Part shown: positions 25,598 through 32,000 of the stretch, piece by piece
How positions within the stretch are numbered: the stretch's first letter is position 1
Layout of the letters: each line of letters begins with the position of its first letter
NCBI RefSeq assembly: GCF_023703795.1
Contig: NZ_CP098519.1
Location: 92,229-124,228 of the forward strand
Direction of reading: 5' to 3'
Source: Haloplanus pelagicus
GTDB lineage: Archaea > Halobacteriota > Halobacteria > Halobacteriales > Haloferacaceae
DNA length: 32,000 nt
Translations under genes and position numbers: made by a program
Notes under the pieces: generated by a model
The model's database searches: none
What the model saw: the letters and a program-made list of their open reading frames with translations, nothing else
Told to the model about the DNA's origin: nothing

Positions 25598-25996
25598 ATG
25601 TCACAGTCCTCTTCCAGTTCTGAACGAAGTTCCTTACTGGACTCTTTTGAAGCCCCGGAGACGTCAGTCGCTCAGGTGTATACGTTTGAAACAGACGAGG
25701 TAACAGCACTCTGTCCGTTCGACTTCGGAGGGCCTGATTACTATGAGTTCACTCTAAAATACGTTCCTTCCGAAGACTGTGTCGAGAGCAAGAGCCTGAA
25801 AAAGTTCCTTGAATCGTATCGTGATGTTGAGATCACTGCCGAAGGACTTGGTGCCGAGATGTATGAAGAAATCACCGAGACAATATCTCCTAAAAAAATG
25901 TACATCCGGCTCGAACAGGCACGGCGAGGTGGGATTGAAGAAACTGTTGAGTTCGGTGATATAGAATTGAAGTCCGCAAGAGAGCAGGTACAATAA
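25598..25996 (+). CDS. queF: QueF-family protein (preQ0 nitrile reductase or QueF-like amidinotransferase; the subtype cannot be decided by eye)
   Basis: TALCPF carries the catalytic Cys (C39, about 25712). GGPDYY carries the preQ0-binding Asp. VESKSLKKFLESYR fits the QueF motif E(S/L)K(S/A)hK(L/Y)(Y/F/W) at 25784-25810. The unimodular size is 132 aa. Confidence 0.83.
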   Translation: MSQSSSSSERSSLLDSFEAPETSVAQVYTFETDEVTALCPFDFGGPDYYEFTLKYVPSEDCVESKSLKKFLESYRDVEITAEGLGAEMYEEITETISPKKMYIRLEQARRGGIEETVEFGDIELKSAREQVQ

Positions 25997-26568
25997 AATA
26001 AATAAAAGGAAATCATCCCTATATTCGAAGGACTAGTCAACCAAACCGCCTCCGCCCAGACGACCAAGCGCAACTCTTCGAGGTCTAAGTCCTCTTCTGA
26101 TTCATCAATAAGTTCGAAGGCCCACAAGACCACAGTTTGTCTTCCAAGCAATATAGAGGGGTTGGCAGAAAGTCGCACGGATGGACGGGAAAACTACGTC
26201 GCTGAGGATCGTCCTGACAGTCACCGTCAGCGTGTTTTTGAGTCTCAGAGTATTCGAGGTAAAACATCCGAATCACGTAGACCACTTCGCTCATAGACAA
26301 GTCTTGAGGGGGTGATCTCTTGAGCTTAAGCATTGCGAGAATCTAGCCCTTTTCGAATTATTCGCAAACCTCCGCTATTTATGTACACCTCGAGTGGGCC
26401 AGAACTCGGTCGTATTGGCCCAATCTACGATTCTCAAAGGGCCCAGATTATTAGCAATCACTACTAGTTCGAGGAGCAATCTCGATATGAGAATCCGAGG
26501 GCATCGCAGATACGCAGAGTGAATAGTATCTAACAAAGATTTAACCGATACCGCGGACTCCACGTGAT

Positions 26569-29154
26569 GTGCCATTTCCCCGCGCTAAATCATCCCGTCA
26601 ACTCTACGACGAAGTCAAATCGTATGACCGAGTGATTACCCCAGACGGACCGCTCGCGAGTGCCCTCAACCGCCAGCTTGATCGGTCACACCTCGGTCCG
26701 TTTGCTATACCCCCACGTCGCCTTGCGGTCGGTCGCCGGCAAGAATCTGAGGACCGCCTCGCGTTTCTCGGCATGATCGCAAATGAAGATATTTCGTGGA
26801 AACGGTGCGCCTACGCAGTCGGGAATATCCTCCAGTGTTGGGAACACCAAGGATCCCACGAGGCTATCTTCGAGTACGACGCATACATCGACGAGGCTAC
26901 CGAACGAGCTGTTGAGCGAATCGGTGACCTTGAGACGGCCTCGATGAAGCTCACAACCGACACTATCGATTCAGATCTCGATGTGGTCGTTGTCGAGCCG
27001 GAGATGCTTACAAAACTCGAACGAGCGTATCTGCCTACTGAGTACGATACGGTCAGTCTCTTTGCCGACACAGAGTTTGAGCTGCCCCCGTTTCGGATCC
27101 ATGATTCACCGACAGCGATCATCGAAACGGTGGTGAATGCGGTCACCGAAACAAACGCCGAAAACGTCGGGATCGTCCTCGATCAGGAAAGTGAGTACTC
27201 GCCGCTTATTGAGTCCGCACTCGAGGCAGCCGACATCCCGTTTTTCGGCGGACCGGGCTTTACTGATCGCAGCGAACACCGCTTGTTTCTTCATTTCCTC
27301 CGGACTGCCCACCGTGGAACTGACACTCGGATCAGCGAGATTCGGTCGCTGCTGACAGCTTTTGACTGTGATGTGGCCGACCGTGAGGCAGACAAGCGGC
27401 TCCACGAACTCGATGATGAACAATTGTCGTGGCTGATCGACTTCTGTCACGAGATCCAGGAGTACACGTTTTCGGACGCGCTCTCGGTGTTCGAACACCG
27501 CACCGACGACGTGCTTGATGCCTTTCGAACGGAGCTTGATGAGCTTGGTATCGCCGACGAGACTGTCACGGAAGCGCGCCTCGACGAACTGTCGTTCTAT
27601 CTACAGACGTATGAGGTCCCTGTTGACCGGGATAACGAAGGCGTCCTGCTCGCCGACGCAAAGTCAGCATCATACGTCGGTCGTGAGGTTGTCTTCTATC
27701 TTGGCCTCGATGACCGGTGGACGCATTCGGCACCGCGTCGTCCGTGGGTTGATCAGGATGCTCAGTTCACGCGGAATCTCAAGAGCTTCCAGTTGCTGTT
27801 ACAGAGTGGGAGTCAACAACACTATCTCGTTCAGGATGCGACCGGCGGATCACCCGTCACCCCATGTCTGTACTTCGAAGAGCTCCTCGAGCAAGAGTAT
27901 GATCGCTTCTCAGAGCTGCCGTCTACCACCCATCAACTCCGATCTGAATCACACGATGGGGCTGTATTCAACACAGAGGCAGTTGACGTGTCTTCTGAAC
28001 CAGTAGAGACGATTAGTAAGTCGAGTCTCAACACCTACGTGAACTCACCCCGAGACTACTACTTCAGCCGGATCGTCGACGGCCCAGAGAAAGACTATCT
28101 CACTGAGGGTACCCTACTCCATGACTTTGCGGAGTTCTACGTTACCCATCCAGCGGTCGTCGACGACGCGGCGCTGACAGACGTCGTTGATCTCATGCTT
28201 GATGAAGTCCGTCCCCTGATCCGCTCTGTTGATGAACAGACTCGCCGGACGGAGTACCGTCTAAGCCTCGAAACAATCGTCTCGTACCTTGATGACAACC
28301 CTCCGACAGACGGAGCGTTCCTTACGCCCTCCAGCAGTACTGAGAACGCTATTGCCGACTACTTCGGGTATGATATCGAGTCGTCGGTAACTGAACGCCG
28401 GTTTGTTGATGAGGATCGTGGTATCAACGGAATGATCGACCTTGTCCAGTCGCAAACCGAGCTGCTGGATTACAAAAGCGGGAGCGAGAACGACGCCAAT
28501 TCGATCGTCCAAGACGCCGCGATCGACGAACTCTCCAACGAACCTGACTTTCAGGCGTTGCTATATCTCACTTACTGGAGCTCACAAACGCCCGCTCAAC
28601 AGCTTTCGTTCACGTTCTTCTACGTTACTGAACTCGTCGACGACGCCATCGCCGGTGACGTCGATATCGACGACGTGCTGACGACGGTGACGTATTACCC
28701 CGGATCTCTCACAGATCACGTCCGAACAGAGGAGTTCTTCGAGTACCTTTGTGAGGAGGGGGCTAACGACTGCCAGAAGACCCTCTCGAAGATCGATTAT
28801 CAGACGTACGCTGCTCTCTTCGATGCCGCACCACTCGTCGAGACAACTGACAGCGACGAACTCATCGAGTCAGAGTTTGGCCGGACGATGATCGAACGAC
28901 TTGAGGCGGAGATTAGTGACTTCGTCTATGTAACGACGGGAAGCAAACAGGTCATGCGGGAAATCGCCCGGAAACAGAAGGGTGCGTTTTTTGAACCTGA
29001 CCTAGATGCGTTTGAGTCGTTTGTTGAAGAGCGGCTAACAGAGCTCAACCGACGTCGCACCGGCGACGAACCGTTTCCCATCGAGGGACTTGCCGGCGAG
29101 CCGAATTACCGGCGGGTAGACAATCGGGATTTGCTCTTGGAGGGTGAACAATGA
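26569..29154 (+). CDS. AddB-like subunit: helicase-like N-terminal region without a P-loop, plus a C-terminal RecB-family PD-(D/E)XK nuclease
   Basis: GTG start. Nuclease motifs are INGMIDLVQSQTELLDYKSG (28423-28482; D...D/ExK) and FQALLYLTYW (QxxxY, about 28549-28578). No GKT/GKS was seen anywhere in the 861 aa. Its stop overlaps the next gene's ATG (ATGA at 29151-29154). Confidence 0.72.
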   Translation: MPFPRAKSSRQLYDEVKSYDRVITPDGPLASALNRQLDRSHLGPFAIPPRRLAVGRRQESEDRLAFLGMIANEDISWKRCAYAVGNILQCWEHQGSHEAIFEYDAYIDEATERAVERIGDLETASMKLTTDTIDSDLDVVVVEPEMLTKLERAYLPTEYDTVSLFADTEFELPPFRIHDSPTAIIETVVNAVTETNAENVGIVLDQESEYSPLIESALEAADIPFFGGPGFTDRSEHRLFLHFLRTAHRGTDTRISEIRSLLTAFDCDVADREADKRLHELDDEQLSWLIDFCHEIQEYTFSDALSVFEHRTDDVLDAFRTELDELGIADETVTEARLDELSFYLQTYEVPVDRDNEGVLLADAKSASYVGREVVFYLGLDDRWTHSAPRRPWVDQDAQFTRNLKSFQLLLQSGSQQHYLVQDATGGSPVTPCLYFEELLEQEYDRFSELPSTTHQLRSESHDGAVFNTEAVDVSSEPVETISKSSLNTYVNSPRDYYFSRIVDGPEKDYLTEGTLLHDFAEFYVTHPAVVDDAALTDVVDLMLDEVRPLIRSVDEQTRRTEYRLSLETIVSYLDDNPPTDGAFLTPSSSTENAIADYFGYDIESSVTERRFVDEDRGINGMIDLVQSQTELLDYKSGSENDANSIVQDAAIDELSNEPDFQALLYLTYWSSQTPAQQLSFTFFYVTELVDDAIAGDVDIDDVLTTVTYYPGSLTDHVRTEEFFEYLCEEGANDCQKTLSKIDYQTYAALFDAAPLVETTDSDELIESEFGRTMIERLEAEISDFVYVTTGSKQVMREIARKQKGAFFEPDLDAFESFVEERLTELNRRRTGDEPFPIEGLAGEPNYRRVDNRDLLLEGEQ

Positions 29155-32000
29155 GCAACCTCGAACCGAATCCGGCACAGCGCGAACTCATCAACGCAAT
29201 CGAGGGGCTGTACCTCGTCGATGCGGGCGCTGGCACTGGGAAGACCTTCACCGTCACCCGCCGATACGCGCATATCGTCGAACAGGATGGGGTAGCTCCG
29301 TCCGACGTCCTGTTGGTCACGTTCACGAACAACGCTGCCGAGGAGATGCGCGACCGGATTGTGCAGAACAGCGAGTACGGTATGCGGGAGCTCTCGAACG
29401 CCCCAATTCAGACGTTCCACTCGTTAGCACACGATATCCTTGACGAACACGGCCATGATGCTCCGACATATCTCGGCGTGGAGGAGACGATCACCGGATC
29501 GACGCGGATCATCGAAGACGACATCATCGAAGAGGCGCTGTTTCGAGAGTTCATCGGCCAGTTCATCGACTCGCACCCTGAGTACAACGAGTTCTTCACA
29601 GCGATTTCGGAGACGACAGAGCTGCTCGATCTCATCAAAGAGCTGTCTGCGAAGGGTGTCTTTCCCACCGCAAACGGCTGGTACCGCGACGGTGAGTCAC
29701 ACCTCGACGGTGACGTTGCGGCGTTCGAGACGTTGTTCGCCGATATAAACGAACCTCGAAACGGTGGCAGCAAGCAGTCTAAGCTCCGCAAGAAGCTCAA
29801 CGACTACGGGGATGAGAAAACCTACCTCCCAGACGCCCCTGAAAAGTGGGAGCTTCGGGGGGACGGCAAGCAGATCCCAGCGGATGTCGCAGAACGCGTC
29901 TTTGAGGACGATCGAACGGCACTCAAGCAGTTCGTCCATGACGTGTATCACGCCTATCTTGAGTTTGCGCTTCGACGGAATTACCTGAACTTCGGGTTCC
30001 TTCAGCTGTTCGCGTTCGTCCTGCTGTGTGAAGACCACGACCTCCGAGAACGGCTAGGATACGAGTACGTGATGGTCGATGAGTTTCAGGACTCGAGTGA
30101 AATCCAGTTCAAGCTGATGCTTCTTCTAGCCGGCACAGATAACATCTGTGTGGTCGGTGACTGGAAACAGAGTATCTACAGCTTCCAATACGCCGATGTC
30201 GACAACATCCGTGAGTTCGATGATCGACTCCACCGATTTGTCGATGAACTCAACCGAGACGCAGAGCGAATCGCGTTCTCGCCGACGAAGGCTGCCGGCA
30301 AACGGTTGACGCGAAACTATCGGTCGACACAGTCTATCTTGGAGTTCTCCACACATGCGCTGACGGCGCGCGCGACGAAAAGCGAGTCGCTAGATACTGA
30401 AGCAATTTCTGAGACAGTCACACCGTTGGAGGCTGATACGGACCGTGATGATAGTCGTATCGAGGCGCTCACGAGCGAAGACGAACACGAGGCGATCCTC
30501 GCGAAAATCGACGACATCGTCGATAATGACGACTACGCCGTTGAGGGTGACGACGGCGAGTACCACGCGCCAAAATACGGCGATATCGCCGTATTGACCC
30601 GAACTCGCGATTTCGGTCGGGACCTACTCGACACGGCGAACGCGTACGACCTCCCGATGGCGTATGAAGGTGGCATTGAGGTGTTCCGAACGGACGCCGC
30701 AAAGCTACTGTTAGCGTGGCTTCGGATCCTCGAACGTGACGCCGATCGCGGCTGGGCGCTCGTCTTAGAGGAGGCTGGGTACACGATCGACGAGGTGAAG
30801 GCGATCATCGATCGCGACGCGTACCCTGACGCGATGATTACCTTCCGCGAAGACCTCCAAGAGATGGAGACATTCGGCGGTGTCGCCCGTCGCGTGTTCG
30901 ATCGATACGACCGGAGCGGCCCAACTGCGGACGTCGTTCTCGACACTATTCAGTCAGTCTATGGGACGACAACGTTCACCCGTGGAGAATTGATTCAGTT
31001 CATCGAAGCAGCGATCGAAGATGGCAGTACCCACGAGGTAGACGCTGGTGCGGGGACAAATGCGGTGACTGTTCAGACAATCCATGCGACGAAAGGACTC
31101 GAATACCCGATCGTCATCCTCGCGAATATGAACACGAACAAGTTCCCATCGACGGGCGGTAGTGGGAGCGATATTGCGTACACCGATCCGATCGGACTCC
31201 GACAGCGAAAGGTGTACTCTGAAGAGGCTCACGATGTTCCACACGTCTACGACAACTGGCAGACAGACGTTCTCAACAAGTGTCTCCCTCCGAACTATGA
31301 TGAGGAACGCCGACTCCTCTACGTCGCTATTACGCGCGCTGAGAGCCACGTCATTTTGACCGGCGGTGAGGATCCGAATGTGTTCCTCGATGACCTTCCA
31401 GTTGACATCGAACCAGTTGATCCAGATCTGTCGACCTTCGACCCGATAGAGGACGAGCATTCACCGTTTACGGTTGATATTCCGGATCCAGATGGGCCGG
31501 CACGCTACTCTCCTCATACGTTCATTGACGACGCGGTATTCGAAGGGAACACCGGTGGTCGTGGAATGGAGTTTGGGTCGGAAGTCCACGAATTCGCGGA
31601 ACAGTATGTTCTCGATAAGGCTGTCGACACCGAGGGCAACCCTGACAAAGAGAATGTGAAGGAATTCTTGGATTCACTTGATGGCGAGAGGAAAGCTGAG
31701 ATCGACGCGTTTCTTCCGCTGACCGTCGATGACAAGGAGGTGACGATCGGTGGGATCATCGATTTACTCCATATTACGTCTGACCAGATCGATATCATCG
31801 ACTACAAAACTGACCTCACGACCCACGCCGAAGACGAGTACGAGAAACAGCTCAGTATTTACTACCACGTCGTTGCCGACCAATATCCAGATCGAGAAGT
31901 CACTGCCTCAATCTTCTACACCAATGATGGTAACCAGCGCAGGATCACCCATCTCAGCAAATCCGAACTCAAAGACCTGATCCGAACTCACCGTACCTGA
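29151..32000 (+). CDS. UvrD/PcrA/AddA-type superfamily 1 helicase with a C-terminal RecB-family nuclease domain
   Basis: Q-motif NPAQRELI, motif I DAGAGTGKTF (29226-29246), Ia LLVTFTNNAAEEM, II VMVDEFQDSS, III VVGDWKQSIYSFQYA, IV LTRNYRS, V/VI VQTIHATKGLEYPIV and LLYVAITRAE. The C-terminal nuclease is GGIIDLLHI...IDIIDYKTD plus QLSIYYH (about 31750-31870). The stop TGA is at 31998-32000. Confidence 0.92.
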   Translation: MSNLEPNPAQRELINAIEGLYLVDAGAGTGKTFTVTRRYAHIVEQDGVAPSDVLLVTFTNNAAEEMRDRIVQNSEYGMRELSNAPIQTFHSLAHDILDEHGHDAPTYLGVEETITGSTRIIEDDIIEEALFREFIGQFIDSHPEYNEFFTAISETTELLDLIKELSAKGVFPTANGWYRDGESHLDGDVAAFETLFADINEPRNGGSKQSKLRKKLNDYGDEKTYLPDAPEKWELRGDGKQIPADVAERVFEDDRTALKQFVHDVYHAYLEFALRRNYLNFGFLQLFAFVLLCEDHDLRERLGYEYVMVDEFQDSSEIQFKLMLLLAGTDNICVVGDWKQSIYSFQYADVDNIREFDDRLHRFVDELNRDAERIAFSPTKAAGKRLTRNYRSTQSILEFSTHALTARATKSESLDTEAISETVTPLEADTDRDDSRIEALTSEDEHEAILAKIDDIVDNDDYAVEGDDGEYHAPKYGDIAVLTRTRDFGRDLLDTANAYDLPMAYEGGIEVFRTDAAKLLLAWLRILERDADRGWALVLEEAGYTIDEVKAIIDRDAYPDAMITFREDLQEMETFGGVARRVFDRYDRSGPTADVVLDTIQSVYGTTTFTRGELIQFIEAAIEDGSTHEVDAGAGTNAVTVQTIHATKGLEYPIVILANMNTNKFPSTGGSGSDIAYTDPIGLRQRKVYSEEAHDVPHVYDNWQTDVLNKCLPPNYDEERRLLYVAITRAESHVILTGGEDPNVFLDDLPVDIEPVDPDLSTFDPIEDEHSPFTVDIPDPDGPARYSPHTFIDDAVFEGNTGGRGMEFGSEVHEFAEQYVLDKAVDTEGNPDKENVKEFLDSLDGERKAEIDAFLPLTVDDKEVTIGGIIDLLHITSDQIDIIDYKTDLTTHAEDEYEKQLSIYYHVVADQYPDREVTASIFYTNDGNQRRITHLSKSELKDLIRTHRT

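Larger units (their letters stand above)
15178..26568. other. Low-GC genomic island (putatively horizontally acquired) carrying the candidate defence/modification operon
   Basis: There is a visible drop in G+C relative to the flanks. Hand counts are 18/60 at 16621-16680, 23/60 at 19141-19200 and 32/60 at 21001-21060, against 42/60 at 13981-14040. All genes inside are on the plus strand. No integrase, transposase or tRNA was found at either edge, so the boundaries are approximate. Confidence 0.6.

Noticed and set aside
26085-26575. ORFs 26085..26333 (-) and 26375..26575 (-) as real genes
   Set aside because: They have no motif and a non-acidic, Cys/Arg-containing composition unlike neighbouring proteins. 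They lie in the island-edge spacer. I kept them only as a possible gene-remnant note.
30533-31460. 137-aa and 168-aa minus-strand ORFs inside the AddA-like helicase gene
   Set aside because: They overlap conserved SF1 helicase motifs on the plus strand, and they are Arg/Ser-rich.
1-32000. CRISPR arrays, rRNA or tRNA genes, IS elements or integrases
   Set aside because: I saw no regularly spaced repeats, no tRNA T-arm/acceptor signatures (GGTTCGAATCC-like) outside coding context, and no transposase or tyrosine-recombinase-like ORF in the six-frame track. This was a search by eye only. tRNAscan or Infernal would settle it.

Overview
The window looks haloarchaeal: predicted proteins are strongly acidic, there is an Orc1/Cdc6 initiator, and queC/queE/queD are present. 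The backbone is high in G+C. One hand-counted line, 13981-14040, is 42/60 G+C. Three lower-GC islets interrupt it, at about 2.76-5.26 kb, 8.57-10.15 kb and 15.2-26.6 kb. Hand counts inside the third islet are 18/60 for 16621-16680 and 23/60 for 19141-19200.

Backbone genes I can support are:
- a wHTH regulator;
- a three-gene operon with a Walker-A-less RecA-fold protein and a DEDD/RNase H-like exonuclease;
- orc1/cdc6 with weak ORB-like motifs upstream;
- an alpha/beta hydrolase and an NAD(P)-binding SDR-type protein;
- a CBS-pair/HEPN protein next to an ADP-ribosylglycohydrolase;
- a CopG/RHH protein;
- the preQ0 pathway genes queC, queE and queD.

The small islets carry an Mrr-type restriction nuclease with a possible PD-(D/E)XK neighbour, and a membrane-anchored HExxH...E metallopeptidase that sits behind a truncated EamA transporter gene.

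The main result is the roughly 11.4 kb low-GC island. It holds an eight-gene, same-strand, partly translationally coupled operon at 16138-25996. In order, it encodes:
1. a short, PUA-less tRNA-guanine-transglycosylase-family (DpdA-like) enzyme;
2. an unknown 286-aa protein;
3. a small P-loop protein;
4. a 1363-aa BrxC/PglY-like ATPase with a coiled-coil C-terminal half;
5. a short PglZ-domain protein;
6. a HerA/FtsK-type ATPase;
7. a GNAT acyltransferase;
8. a QueF-family protein.

The operon is separated from queCDE only by a 123-codon ORF and non-coding DNA, and is followed by an AddB-like/AddA-like helicase-nuclease pair. No DNA methyltransferase, Dnd genes, integrase or transposase is visible. 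My interpretation is a candidate 7-deazaguanine DNA-modification module fused to a BREX/Pbe-like effector module, which to my knowledge is an undescribed combination. This is inference from motifs only. I found no rRNA, tRNA or CRISPR array by eye.
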